IMG/VR virus record: IMGVR_UViG_3300019885_000016
Source: an uncultured virus (IMG/VR IMGVR_UViG_3300019885_000016)
Lineage: Duplodnaviria > Heunggongvirae > Uroviricota > Caudoviricetes
DNA length: 64,000 nt
Reading direction: 5' to 3' (one strand)
The position numbers and the translations under genes are program-made. The notes below the pieces were generated by a model that saw only the letters and a program-made list of their open reading frames with translations, had not been told where the DNA came from and did no database searches. This document shows, in pieces, positions 47,708-58,922 of this stretch (its first letter is position 1; every line of letters begins with the position of its first letter).

Positions 47708-49881
47708 TGCCAGAAGTAATAGACATTCCAGACGGGATTCCTGACGACCTTATTGACGAAGTAATGGCCGAGCGGGTTGATAGTGTGCTTGATAATCTCG
47801 CCGTTGAAGTCGTAGAGGAGTCCGTTTCTGCTCTGGAAAGCGGATGGAAGGAAAGAGACCCGGATATTTATGCAGCCCTACAGCGCTGTGTTGACGCTCG
47901 CCTACTCATTGAATCCGAACAGGCCAAACTGGATGAGTTGATTGCCAATGCTTCAAGTGACATAGAGCGCGCTGCGCGTGAGTATCAGAAGGATTTAATC
48001 AAGTGGCAATTGGAACGTGCAGCAGACACGGCAGAGAAGCGTATAGCTTACTTTGACGCTCTAGCTGACTATGACGCGGAGAACCGGAAGTGCGAAGCCG
48101 ACACCTTACACTGGTTTGAGTATTACGCATGGACGGTTGACCCAAGACCTGATGTTCCTTTGGCCGTGATGCCGCTCTCCCCGTTTGAATTCCAGCAGAG
48201 ATACATCAAGTGGCTGGAATACATAACATTCCAGAAAAGAGCCTCCGGCGTGGTCGAGAAGTGTAGGACGATGGGCGCTACCGAAGTGGCCTTGAGATGG
48301 GTACTCAAGCAATGGCGCTACCGGAGAGACTTCTATGCAATGCCGTTGTCGGCCAACGAAGACCTTGTAGATTCAAAGAAAGACCCCGGCACTCTGTTTG
48401 AGAAGTTGCGCTTCCAGATTCGTTACCTGAACTGGTGGGCGCGACCCAAGGGGTTCAATCTCGAAAAGGACATGCCTTTCATGCAGTTGGTTAATCCTGA
48501 GAACGGTTCTGTGATTCAAGGCGACGCCCCTACAGTAAACGTAGGCCGCCAGCGCAGAGCGACGTTCGTTCTAAAGGATGAGTCAGCCGCGTGGTCTAAT
48601 GGGGGCTACCAACAGCACACCGCACTTTCTAGGACTGCAAACACAATCTGCGACGTGTCCTCTGTTCAGGGGAAATTTAATAAATTCTCTGACCTTGCCC
48701 ATGATAACCGGACTCCGAGGTTCGAGATGGACTGGCGAGATCATCCCTGGTACGACGAAAGGTGGTATCAATCTTTACCCTTTGGATACATCGGCCCGGC
48801 AATGACCGAGGAAGAGATTGCGCAGGAAATAGATAGAAACTACGAAGCTTCGCAGCCCGGTCGAGTGCTGAAGAATGTTAAGGAAGAGTATTGCTTCATC
48901 ACTTGGGATGAGTTCATTCAAGGCTTCGAGAGATACAAATTAGGACAATATTTTCTTACTCCGAGCGGAAGGGTGAAAATCCCCGACCCGTGGAACTGGG
49001 GAAGAGTCACAGACTACGGTGAAAGCGCCAGAGATGAGAACGACACTCATGTATGGGCGTACAGTCTATTCTCCAGACCATCGGAAGGCTGGCCGCTTGA
49101 AGATTCACTCTTTTTCTTCTACTCGCTCCCGATTGAGCCTATCGGAGCGACGGAGTTGGAAGGCTTTGCCTTTTACAGCCAACTTGAACGGGATTTGGGA
49201 CTTCGTGCAGAGCGGGGATTTGTGAGAGAGCCGACTGTTAACGATATGAGCCACGAAGCCACAGACCCGAAAGAGGTTCTGTTAGAGCAGTGTGGCGATT
49301 ACTGGGCTATACCTGATCTTGACTTCGATAAAGGGAGACGAAAGATGGTCTTTCACTTCGGAATTGTAGATGAGCACCTTCCGAACCCTTTTCGTCCCGA
49401 GTTGATGGGTAGAAGCCGAATCTACTTCGTTGCGCCGCAGGGTGAATACCAGATGGCGAAGAACGAGAGGAACGGGAACTACTTCGTCACTGCTTCCAAG
49501 ACACAGAGGGGCTTTAAGAGATTGAGGTCTGAAATCCAGTCGTGGCATTACCCGCCGGAAGAACGAGGGAAACCCGTTCCGAAGATGCGCCCCAAATCTG
49601 TATTTGATGATGTCATCACCACTGTACGTTATGCGCTGGCTAGGTGGGGTGTTGATTCCGCTCCGATGACAAAAGAGCAGCGAAGGCTGCATAAACTCCC
49701 TGAACAGCTAAAACCCGCAGAGGTCAACGCACAGTTCGGCAAATCCAATTACGTCGAACTCTACGTTGCGCAACAGAATGAACTGTGGAGGCTCAAAAAA
49801 TTGGAAGAGAAAGACGAGCAGAAAGCTTCTAAAGCATGGTCACCGTCTGTTGGTAGAGTTGTGAGGCATAGGAGGAGGTGA
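47707..49881 (+). CDS. terL: Terminase large subunit
   Basis: VEKCRTMGAT Walker A, VLKDESA Walker B, DYG and DD nuclease residues. Confidence 0.88.
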   Translation: MPEVIDIPDGIPDDLIDEVMAERVDSVLDNLAVEVVEESVSALESGWKERDPDIYAALQRCVDARLLIESEQAKLDELIANASSDIERAAREYQKDLIKWQLERAADTAEKRIAYFDALADYDAENRKCEADTLHWFEYYAWTVDPRPDVPLAVMPLSPFEFQQRYIKWLEYITFQKRASGVVEKCRTMGATEVALRWVLKQWRYRRDFYAMPLSANEDLVDSKKDPGTLFEKLRFQIRYLNWWARPKGFNLEKDMPFMQLVNPENGSVIQGDAPTVNVGRQRRATFVLKDESAAWSNGGYQQHTALSRTANTICDVSSVQGKFNKFSDLAHDNRTPRFEMDWRDHPWYDERWYQSLPFGYIGPAMTEEEIAQEIDRNYEASQPGRVLKNVKEEYCFITWDEFIQGFERYKLGQYFLTPSGRVKIPDPWNWGRVTDYGESARDENDTHVWAYSLFSRPSEGWPLEDSLFFFYSLPIEPIGATELEGFAFYSQLERDLGLRAERGFVREPTVNDMSHEATDPKEVLLEQCGDYWAIPDLDFDKGRRKMVFHFGIVDEHLPNPFRPELMGRSRIYFVAPQGEYQMAKNERNGNYFVTASKTQRGFKRLRSEIQSWHYPPEERGKPVPKMRPKSVFDDVITTVRYALARWGVDSAPMTKEQRRLHKLPEQLKPAEVNAQFGKSNYVELYVAQQNELWRLKKLEEKDEQKASKAWSPSVGRVVRHRRR

Positions 49882-50086
49882 AACAGTGTGTTGCTCACAT
49901 TGCTCAATTCCATATGACCAAATTACAAATCAAATAACTGGGCACTTCTGCGGGTTTCTTCCTAGTCAAGTGCGCGCCTTTACCATTTTTATATTGATTT
50001 TTTGGATGACCTTGAAGGCAAAAGGCTATGACCGCAAGTTTATTTATTTCAGTTACACAACTCTGAGATTGGTGGTATTGCTGTAA

Positions 50087-50452
50087 ATGTTCGGATACGT
50101 CACGCAGAAAGAATTCGACTTTGAGCATGAGCTTCGTCTTAAAGCAGAGGCTCGTGAAGAACTCCTGCGTCAACAATTAAAAGAAGAGTCTGAGCGGCAT
50201 GAACGCCAGATTCAGGATTTACTTGACCGCTATCAACCAAAGCCTGTGGCTGCCATCACTGGTAGCGGCGAGCGCGTACAGCTTTCCTCCGAAGAACTCC
50301 GCCGCATGCCAGCGATAGGTAAGCGTGGCATGGCCGAGCGCCACCGTCTTGTAGGCGAAGCCGAAGCAAGAGAGAAGGATAACCATCTTTCATCGGAAGA
50401 AGCGGCAGAACTGGATAAGGTGATCTCAAATAATGGACATAATCACAACTGA
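50087..50452 (+). CDS. Coiled-coil hypothetical protein
   Basis: Overlaps portal start. Confidence 0.55.
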   Translation: MFGYVTQKEFDFEHELRLKAEAREELLRQQLKEESERHERQIQDLLDRYQPKPVAAITGSGERVQLSSEELRRMPAIGKRGMAERHRLVGEAEAREKDNHLSSEEAAELDKVISNNGHNHN

Positions 50453-53102
50453 CCCGACGTTAGACGCTACCAGAAACGTAGATGATGAGAATATTGAGAC
50501 CTCTGAGGCTCGCGCCAGGAAGTGGCGTGAAAACCTCATTGAGCAGCAGAAGGGTCAGGGGGCTCGTCTTCGTGACGTTCTTAAACGCCTGCGCGACTAC
50601 TATCGCGGCTTAGACCGCGAAGCCCGCTTGAAGCACGCTACCGACACGGACTTGATGATTCGTTATCTCAATGGAGACCAGTACGGAGAACACGATGCTC
50701 AAGGAAACTGGCAGGCATACACCCTACAAGACGGAGACTTCGCCTATACGATTCCTGTCTTGGTAGGCCATGTGGAGCAGGCTTTTTCCCAACTGTTAAA
50801 GACTAAAGTTGAGTTCGAGATTGAAGCCAAGCAGTCCGGTGATCCGAATCGTCGAAGCCTCGCGAGAATGTGTGAGCAGCTTTCGAATGAAGAGGTTGAG
50901 CGTCTCTTTGATGAAGATACTAGACAAGATGACATTCTTAATACTCTGGTCTCAGGTGAAAGCCCGCGATATTTATACTGGGGCGCGTCCGAGAAGAAAG
51001 CAAAGAGGCTTCTGTTCAAATCTGAGGTCGTTAAAATCCCCGGAAGGCGCGAATGCAAAAACTGTCAGGCTATCGTTTCTCAGGAAGCGACCTCTTGTGG
51101 TTGCGGGGCTTCTTATATTGAAGACATCCCTCCGACCGAGACCATGAAATCCACTCCTGCGGGTGAAGTCGTGGTTCAACTCGGGCACAATAAACTGCAC
51201 ATCCCTCCACCTCTGGGAGTCCAGTACAATCTGTCAGCAAGGTTCGAGCAGTCCACTTTCGTCATAGAACGCGACGTTCTCCTCAAGAAAGTGGCCGAGT
51301 GGGTCTATAAGACGAATATCGTAACAGGCTCATTGAGCGAAGAGATGCGTATCCGTCGAGAACAGGAGCGGATGTCTGTGCAGACAGATGCCACTGTCGG
51401 GTCGAGTCGAAGTGAAACCGGATACAGCATGCAGGTTGAACCCGTCGAAAGAGCAAGACACTTCCTTGATGTGGTTGAATACGGTCATATCTATTTAGAC
51501 CAGGAAGAAACTCTGCCTAACGGCAAGAAGTTGGAGGCAGGAAAACTACTTGGAGAGCATTTTCCCGAAGGCATGTACTTTAATTTTGTGGGAGATACGT
51601 TAGTAGAAGTCGAGCCAGTGAAGAAGAGAAGGAAGTGGTCTCTGGTTCGATATGGGAAGAAGGCAGGTACACATCGAGGAACAGGGATGCAGATTGGTAT
51701 TCCAATGCAGGATGTCATTGACGACTCGTTTAATTTAACTTACGCCACCGGCATGACTGTCGGGCATCCGCTCACGATAGTTAATCGCAAGTTTGCGCCT
51801 GAATTGCCGGATGCGAACAATATGCTATTCGTGAATAATTCGGAGGTGGATGTCAATAAGGTCGCTACAAGAATCTCAGGAGGAGCAGTGTCAAGTGTTG
51901 TGGATTCCACTGCTGAACGTGTGGAAGGGGCGTTGCAGTTCATTCTTGGGACTCAGAGTGTCATTGGTACGGTCGGGGCACCGGACGCAAGGCAGGCGAT
52001 GGGCACGGCCACTGCCGTCACCGCGACGGTTGAAAACGCAGCGCTTCGGATGACTGGCCCCATCGGACAAAGAGTAGCGGCAGAGAAGGAATTGAGATTC
52101 CAGATTTTAGAGAACATTAAGGAGCATTCAGCGCCTGAGCAAATCAAAGAGTTGGAGAGAAGATTCGGCCCCGACACGGTTGCGTCTTTTAGAAAGTGTG
52201 GCTTTCGTCTTGACCTGACTATTAAAGTTGTGCCGAACACGGACAGACCACGCTCAATGGCTTTGACTCAATCTACTCTGATGGCGCTGGGTCAGATGGC
52301 TCCTGCGCTGGCGAATGTTCCCTGGGGCGGGGAGTTACTGTCAATAATGGGAGATGTTGCCGGAATCCCCCTAGACATCGGCCCCGGTCGTGTTGATAGA
52401 AGAGAAGCCGAGTATCGTCTGAATAAGTTGTCGGCAATCGTCGAAAGAATCCAAGCAAAAGACTCTGCGTACTTGGCAAACTCAGAACAAGCGGCAGTAG
52501 AGATTTACAACATGCTTGCCAGATTCTGCGGGCCGCTGATTCAGACGGAAAGTCCTGCTTCAATGTTCATGCAAGATCATCAATCTTTCATGGATGTTTA
52601 TAAAGACGCTCTTCTGGGAGAAGAGGCCAAGATGTGGCCGGATGCTCAGAAACTCGTAGTTATTCAATTATGGATGGATCACTTCAATGAGCAAATGACT
52701 GGCGAGGCTAAGAAGGCTGAGATGGCAAAAGAGGTGCAGGACAAGATTACGCCACCTCCACCGGAGCCTTCCCTGCCACAGAAGATTGCCGAAGGGCTGT
52801 CAATCAAATACACCGACCTGGCGGCTGCTCCTTCACCTTTGCAGGCTCAGGTTCTGCAACTTGCTGGCTTGCAGGTCGAACCCGCGCAAGCGAGCGACCA
52901 GACAAGCAGCGACGGTCAGAATACGCTCGTACAGAGTGCTGTGGAGCATGAAGCAGGGGAAGAGTCTAAGGATACGGACGTAGAAAGACAGATGGCCTTG
53001 AATGAGCACCAACACCACTTGGATGAAGAGGCCAAAGATAACCAGATGCACCGTGATTTAGCTAAGCAGGCGCACAGCGCACAGCAGAATGGAGGGGCAT
53101 GA
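50433..53102 (+). CDS. Portal protein (long, P22-like)
   Basis: Position after terL, 889 aa, YLNGDQY, TATAV, Gln/Pro-rich tail. Confidence 0.8.
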   Translation: MDIITTDPTLDATRNVDDENIETSEARARKWRENLIEQQKGQGARLRDVLKRLRDYYRGLDREARLKHATDTDLMIRYLNGDQYGEHDAQGNWQAYTLQDGDFAYTIPVLVGHVEQAFSQLLKTKVEFEIEAKQSGDPNRRSLARMCEQLSNEEVERLFDEDTRQDDILNTLVSGESPRYLYWGASEKKAKRLLFKSEVVKIPGRRECKNCQAIVSQEATSCGCGASYIEDIPPTETMKSTPAGEVVVQLGHNKLHIPPPLGVQYNLSARFEQSTFVIERDVLLKKVAEWVYKTNIVTGSLSEEMRIRREQERMSVQTDATVGSSRSETGYSMQVEPVERARHFLDVVEYGHIYLDQEETLPNGKKLEAGKLLGEHFPEGMYFNFVGDTLVEVEPVKKRRKWSLVRYGKKAGTHRGTGMQIGIPMQDVIDDSFNLTYATGMTVGHPLTIVNRKFAPELPDANNMLFVNNSEVDVNKVATRISGGAVSSVVDSTAERVEGALQFILGTQSVIGTVGAPDARQAMGTATAVTATVENAALRMTGPIGQRVAAEKELRFQILENIKEHSAPEQIKELERRFGPDTVASFRKCGFRLDLTIKVVPNTDRPRSMALTQSTLMALGQMAPALANVPWGGELLSIMGDVAGIPLDIGPGRVDRREAEYRLNKLSAIVERIQAKDSAYLANSEQAAVEIYNMLARFCGPLIQTESPASMFMQDHQSFMDVYKDALLGEEAKMWPDAQKLVVIQLWMDHFNEQMTGEAKKAEMAKEVQDKITPPPPEPSLPQKIAEGLSIKYTDLAAAPSPLQAQVLQLAGLQVEPAQASDQTSSDGQNTLVQSAVEHEAGEESKDTDVERQMALNEHQHHLDEEAKDNQMHRDLAKQAHSAQQNGGA

Positions 53103-54296
53103 TGAAGGTCAGATTTGTAGGTGGCTCTTTAGATGGCGAAGAATGTGATTCGCCTGATGCAGGCTCGCCATTGCTTAACATCCCTGTGGCTCGGGCAGAG
53201 AAGATTAAGCCTGTGGACGAGGCATTGACCGATGCGGTAAGGAGTCTCAACGGGGAATATACATGCCCACACTATGACATTGAAAGTTATAGCTTAAATG
53301 GAAAAGAAGGCGATGCGCTGATTTATACCTACGCGCATACTCAACTATTCCTAGACCAAGAGGAGAATGGAGACGGAATCAATGAATAAAAATAAATCTC
53401 GACTTTGGCAAATGCAATTTGGCGTTCCTCGTCCAACTGAGGCTGAGCCGGACAAGTGGGTTATGGAGTGGCGGAATGTAAGCGCGCCTTCTATGAAAGA
53501 AGCGATGGAAATTATTGAGCAGGAGTATGAAGGCGCATACTTTTTCGGAATAAATGAAAGAGGGACTATAGACTACGCATTCGCAGTAGCAGAGGGTGGC
53601 CCGATGCTTAGACACTGATTGTATAGATGCTTGAAGAGAAGTAGATAACATGCACAAGGTTAAAACTGATGGGATGGCTATGAGAGGTAAAAATGAGAAT
53701 TCATCATCTGCATGTGTGGGTTCGTCTTGGTGGGAATGGCGATAGTTTGATGTGTTCATCGTGCTCTGCTGGCATCCACAGAGCGCGGGATGGCAGTCAT
53801 GGTTATGAGCTTTCGTCGACAGCATGTCGCAGGCTTACGGTTGAGCATGCACTTCAGTGTCTTGAACGAAAAGAGCGCCCCACAACCCAAGCGGCACTCA
53901 GGTTTGTAGAAGCGACGAAAGAGGCAATGAAGAAGGAACTAAGACACCGCGTTCATCTAGCAGGAAAGCCCCGCTATTCAAGAAATCTCCGGCGAGCCTT
54001 ATTAGTGGTAGAGAAAAACATTTATCGTACCGACACACTTGGAAGGTATGTTTATTCTTAAACCGATAAAGGAATGTCTAGCGTTCGGCATCTAAAAAAA
54101 GATAGCATTCCACCACAAACTTGTAGTAAGATTAACTTGGTGGAAGAGGTTGACCGTCTGACCCGCGAGGTTCACACGGTTACACACCAACTCTCCACCA
54201 TCACCAAGCGGCTTTTTGATTTGAAAGAACAGATCAAGAAGTCCTAACTTAATAGAGCTAAGTTCTTAAAAAGAACCCGCTCACCAACGGACTACT

Positions 54297-54361
54297 AAGC
54301 CCGCTGGCTACAGAGTCAAGTGACACGAGATGTCACCCGCTCTGAGGTCAGCGGGCTTTTT
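54297..54361 (+). terminator. Long hairpin plus U-tract immediately before the scaffold gene
   Basis: AAGCCCGCTG...CAGCGGGCTT with nested CAGAG/CTCTG and GTGACA/TGTCAC. Confidence 0.7.
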
Positions 54362-54366
54362 CGTTT

Positions 54367-55668
54367 ATGTCAACAAATTTAGAAACACCAGCCGAAGATT
54401 TCCTTTCTTCGGTCGCAGACTTCGGAATTGACTCTCAACCGGAAGAGGTTAGCCCTCTGCCAGCAAACGCCACCGAGGAAGCTGGCGACGCTGTGCAGAG
54501 CGAGCAGGCCAAAGGCGAAGAGCAGTTGGAAGTCGCAGCCACTGAGAGCGGGCAACCTCAAGAGGTCAAGGCAGAGCCGGTTAAGGCCGAAGAAGCTAAG
54601 ATTGAAGAGAAGCCCGCAGAAGAGTCTCAAGAAGCTAAGGCTGCGAGACCTAGCTTCTGGGATCACTTCATCTCGTCACAGCCCATCGGGGAAATCCTCG
54701 ACCACATGCAGACACAATCCCCTTCCCGTTACGGCGAGATGGAGACGGAAGTCTTGGGTCGAAGGCTTGCAGACCCCGCTAAATTTGCTCTTTCGCACTA
54801 CGAGCGAGACCCGGAAGGCTATGGCCGACAGTCTCTCGCTTACTACGAGGTGGCGAAGGATTTCTACCGCCAACAGGTCATAAAAGACAACCCTGACATT
54901 CAGGCCGCTCTCACCTTCCACGAAAAATATAAAGACAGTGTGAAGGAGGAGGACGACTTTGAATTGACCTCTGACATTGAAGAGGACATCCGCGCGCTCC
55001 ACGACCCCGCAGTTGCCGAAAGGATGATTAAACGTCTGAAGGCAACGAGCGAGAAGAAGCCGGAAGAGCCTAAGACGGAGACGCCCAAGAGCGAGGAGGT
55101 CAAAAAGCCAGCAGCACAACCACCAGACGAAGCTATCCAAACAGAGATTAAGGCGACTCTGGACGCTGGCTACAACGAACTCTTCTTCTATCTCGGCTCA
55201 AAAGCGGATGACCCCAAACAGTTAGGGTTGAAGGTCACACCGGAAGAGCGCGAGCGTGCGCCGGAAGTTGCCGACCTGAAGGACTTCAAGCGCCACGTTC
55301 TGTTCGATGCTTACGGCGACCTTCCGGACTTCGAGCGGGGATTGTTTGAGTGGGCGAAGGAGAGGGATATCAATGGAGTCAAATTCATAGATGCCTTCGA
55401 CGACTGGAAGAAGTTCGCAGTGGCGCGCGAGAAGCCGAACGCAATCGCAGCCGCGAAGAAGATGATTCCCTTCGCCGACCAGTACATGGGTGAACGGTTG
55501 AAGAACCCAATCTTTGCTCGGATAGACAAGCAGATTCAGGCGGCAATCCAGGCGGTAAATCCCACACAGAAAACAGAGAATTTCACTCCGGGGACACTCA
55601 AGACGGTCTCGCAGCCCGCAAGCCCCGAAACCGCCTTCTTTGATGAGGCGGCAAACTACGGACTTTAA
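54367..55668 (+). CDS. Capsid scaffolding protein
   Basis: Acidic, Glu/Pro/Ala-rich; directly before the capsid gene. Confidence 0.7.
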   Translation: MSTNLETPAEDFLSSVADFGIDSQPEEVSPLPANATEEAGDAVQSEQAKGEEQLEVAATESGQPQEVKAEPVKAEEAKIEEKPAEESQEAKAARPSFWDHFISSQPIGEILDHMQTQSPSRYGEMETEVLGRRLADPAKFALSHYERDPEGYGRQSLAYYEVAKDFYRQQVIKDNPDIQAALTFHEKYKDSVKEEDDFELTSDIEEDIRALHDPAVAERMIKRLKATSEKKPEEPKTETPKSEEVKKPAAQPPDEAIQTEIKATLDAGYNELFFYLGSKADDPKQLGLKVTPEERERAPEVADLKDFKRHVLFDAYGDLPDFERGLFEWAKERDINGVKFIDAFDDWKKFAVAREKPNAIAAAKKMIPFADQYMGERLKNPIFARIDKQIQAAIQAVNPTQKTENFTPGTLKTVSQPASPETAFFDEAANYGL

Positions 55669-55677
55669 GGAGACATC

Positions 55678-57030
55678 ATGGCTTCCTCAATCACGACTAC
55701 TACGATTAACGGCATCCTTCCGAAGCTAATCGAGAAGGGCAGAAACCTACAGGTGGCTCAATCCCGCTTCTTTCAGGAGATGGAGAAGGTCAAGAAGATT
55801 AACAAGATTAACCCCGGCGGACTCTACACACCGTACCAGACGGGTGAGAACAACATGGCCTTCGCCGTCGCTGAAGGCGGGCCGATTCTATCAGGCGGAG
55901 CGCCCTCTTATGCAATGGGCGTTACACAGTTGAGGCAGCACTGGGCTTCGATTGCATGGACTGGAGCGCTTGAGAGAATCAAGAACGAATTTCTCACTGA
56001 AGTCGCGCAGGACTCCCGGTATGCGGGCGAGGGCATGCCGAAGCTAATGCAGCGCGCCGGAAATATGGCCGTTGGCGCAGTCATCTACTCAGCCCTGAAG
56101 ATGTACGCAAGGCGTGAAAATTTCTTTGCATTGCAGGGCACTGATAAGAGTGCGATAGGCATCATCACTGGGTTACCGGGCGGCAACGTCATCCAGTGTT
56201 CGTGGGACTCTACGAATCAAGGAAACCGTCTATTCGATGCTGACCAGCAGGTGCAAATCTTCTCCCCCGGTGGAGTACAGAGAACCACAGGATTAGCCAC
56301 AGTAGGCTCATCCCTCTACAACACGGTTCTGAGTGTTGATAAGACTCCCGCTTCGGGAGACACCGGGCCGGTAACCTTCTCGGAAGCACCTCCTTCAAAT
56401 GCGGACGTTGGCGATACCGTTGTGTTCCGCAACTCCTACGGGCTGATGCCACAGGGCTTCATCCATTACGTGGATGATACGGGAACGTTCAAAGGAATCA
56501 CTCGCTCGACGAACCCGGCGATCTTCAATTCCGTCATTACTAGACTGTCAGGCTCGCCCACAATCAGCCCGGCTCATATACGTGAACAATTATCACAGAT
56601 GGAGTCGAAGGCTGGCTACGGAGTTCCTTTGAACCTGCAAATCTGGTGGTCGAAGACCCAGGAGTTCAACTGGGAGAGTCAGTTGTACACGACTCCGTTT
56701 GTTCGACAGGTGGACGCTTCCAAAGTCGGACGAGTTGATCTGGCTCCGGGTGAAAGTTACTGGGATGGTCACAAGTTTATGGGTGACCAGGATGTTCCTC
56801 CCGGCCATGTTGATTTCATCAACATGCTTAGTTGGAGAAAGGTCACACAGACTCCACTTCAGCCTTACGAGTTTGACGGCGGTAGTTATGTCGTGAACCC
56901 GATCAACTCTTATGGAGAGAGACTAGACCAGCGACAGTCAACCGTCTTCAGCGAGTACAACTGGGACTGCGACGACCCGCGAACAAATGGACGTATCGAG
57001 GGCGCAGCATTTAATCGGATCCATGTGTGA
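55678..57030 (+). CDS. Major capsid protein
   Basis: 450 aa after scaffold; strong AAGGAG RBS; HK97-type AVAEGG and GITRS features. Confidence 0.8.
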   Translation: MASSITTTTINGILPKLIEKGRNLQVAQSRFFQEMEKVKKINKINPGGLYTPYQTGENNMAFAVAEGGPILSGGAPSYAMGVTQLRQHWASIAWTGALERIKNEFLTEVAQDSRYAGEGMPKLMQRAGNMAVGAVIYSALKMYARRENFFALQGTDKSAIGIITGLPGGNVIQCSWDSTNQGNRLFDADQQVQIFSPGGVQRTTGLATVGSSLYNTVLSVDKTPASGDTGPVTFSEAPPSNADVGDTVVFRNSYGLMPQGFIHYVDDTGTFKGITRSTNPAIFNSVITRLSGSPTISPAHIREQLSQMESKAGYGVPLNLQIWWSKTQEFNWESQLYTTPFVRQVDASKVGRVDLAPGESYWDGHKFMGDQDVPPGHVDFINMLSWRKVTQTPLQPYEFDGGSYVVNPINSYGERLDQRQSTVFSEYNWDCDDPRTNGRIEGAAFNRIHV

Positions 57031-57122
57031 TTTTAACCGAAAAGGGTTCACGTCTAAGCGGGGCACAACATTTGGGCGAGAAGGGGGCGGTAGCTGTGCG
57101 CCGCCCCTACCTTTGAGAAGCA

Positions 57123-57887
57123 ATGGCAACTCTTGAAGAAAAACAGAGTTATTACGAGTACGGGCGGGAGCGTGTGTTCAAACTACCTCCGCGCCTCGAC
57201 CCTGTGATTGAGAAAGAGCTTTTACGGTTCGGGCGCGACGAGAACGGCGACCCGCTATGGCGATTTTGCTGGGGTGGTGCTTGCATCATTCGCAGTAGTC
57301 CAAGCGCGCCGTGGGGAACTATTCGCGGAAATCTTGATGCCACGCGAGTAGATAAAGGCCGTTTGGTTCTTCGCTATCTCGACCCTCCAAAGATGATGTC
57401 ACCTATTGCTCTCTGTTTTAAGCAGGGCAAGAAGATTAAGAGGGTAAAGCGGGAATCGGACGTGCCGAAAGGCGCTATGTCTTGGTGGGAGTACGAGTAC
57501 ACGGACTTCGGCCATCTCCGATGGTTTCTGGAAAGAAAACTGACAGCCGCGCAACTGGTCGAAGCGAAAGTCTTCTTACCGGACGACCCTTATCTTCCCA
57601 GACAAGGCGAGTACATCTCGATAATGGATCGGCCCATTGAAACGCCAGACGGGAAATACTTTGAGCCGACAATGGCCTATCTGGAAGTCATCGCAGAGCA
57701 CCTTGTTGAAGAGCAGACCGAATCCATGCGCGACCTGCTCACAAAGTACAGAGAGAAGCGAGAAAAAAGAGAACAGGACGTGGAGCACGAAAAAGACAAA
57801 CGTGAATTTCTTGATGTGGTTGATATGGTCTCTCAGGTAATGCGCGAGCCTGTCAATCCAACCTATTCGATACCGGAGAATTTATGA
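57123..57887 (+). CDS. Phage hypothetical protein
   Basis: Long ORF in late operon. Confidence 0.7.
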   Translation: MATLEEKQSYYEYGRERVFKLPPRLDPVIEKELLRFGRDENGDPLWRFCWGGACIIRSSPSAPWGTIRGNLDATRVDKGRLVLRYLDPPKMMSPIALCFKQGKKIKRVKRESDVPKGAMSWWEYEYTDFGHLRWFLERKLTAAQLVEAKVFLPDDPYLPRQGEYISIMDRPIETPDGKYFEPTMAYLEVIAEHLVEEQTESMRDLLTKYREKREKREQDVEHEKDKREFLDVVDMVSQVMREPVNPTYSIPENL

Positions 57888-58906
57888 GTTCAATCGCAGA
57901 GATTATCAGCAATCGTGAGGGCGTTAACGCATCCTTTTTAGATGAAGCGATGCGAAGAGTTGAGGCTATAAAAGCTGTCCTCTTTGTCTGGCATCCGTAC
58001 ATGCCGCTCAACAACTTGGGCGCAGACACCTTTCGCTTCAACTACCCTCGTCCCGTATTGCACCGACTTGAACCGCTTCCAGTTACGACCGTTGAGCGAG
58101 CCGACATTCATTCACGGGGAAGAAACTCTCTCGGCATGACCGGGGTTTCTAACTTTCGCGGTACGGGCGCATCTCTTGAGGGCGATGTGCTGGGAGCGGG
58201 AGGCTTTGTCCCTTCAGGTCAGGGCGCAATCGTCAAGCAGGAGCAGCAGCGACCCGCAGAGACCGTGATTGACATATTACAGGCATGGTCGAAAGTCGGC
58301 ATGGTGGAGCTTCAGTCTCTGGCAGCGTCTGACGAGAACGAATTGATTCTTTCCTACAAGTTGTACGACGTAATATTCAAGGAGGCAGAGACAGAGGAGC
58401 ATCTGGAGATTGGCAGACGCCCCGTTAGTCTAGTGCTTGAAGACTACCCTTTATGGCTGGAACGCTCTGCGCCTCGTGTCCTTGAGCACGCTCTTAGAAG
58501 CGGTCTTCCTGCCACACTGGAGAAAAAGGGAGAGCGCCTCATCGCGGAGGCTTCGCAAGGCGTGGCTCGCGCTCATGTGTTCGTGCTTGACCCTGAGAAT
58601 GGAATTCTCCCCAAGACCAGAAAAGGCTTGCAGGTAGCCAAGCAGGGTGGATTGGAAGGAAAGACTCACCTTGACCGTCAGGACATGTGGTGTCTTGAGC
58701 AGTTTCCATCGTTCCAGGTGAACCCGGACGCCGAAAGAGCGGAGAGGGCACTTGCAGCAACGATTGAGAAGGGCAGCGAGTCGGCTGAAAGTACGAATGC
58801 GGGACTCTTGGCAATCGTCGAGCAGAACCAGACGGTCATTGGGATGCTGGCCGAGCAGCAACGCCAGACCAACGAACTCATTCAACAGGTCAGTAAGAGA
58901 AAGTAA
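57884..58906 (+). CDS. Phage hypothetical protein
   Basis: ATGA-coupled long ORF. Confidence 0.7.
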   Translation: MSSIAEIISNREGVNASFLDEAMRRVEAIKAVLFVWHPYMPLNNLGADTFRFNYPRPVLHRLEPLPVTTVERADIHSRGRNSLGMTGVSNFRGTGASLEGDVLGAGGFVPSGQGAIVKQEQQRPAETVIDILQAWSKVGMVELQSLAASDENELILSYKLYDVIFKEAETEEHLEIGRRPVSLVLEDYPLWLERSAPRVLEHALRSGLPATLEKKGERLIAEASQGVARAHVFVLDPENGILPKTRKGLQVAKQGGLEGKTHLDRQDMWCLEQFPSFQVNPDAERAERALAATIEKGSESAESTNAGLLAIVEQNQTVIGMLAEQQRQTNELIQQVSKRK

Positions 58907-58922
58907 AACAAAGGAGGAAGAG

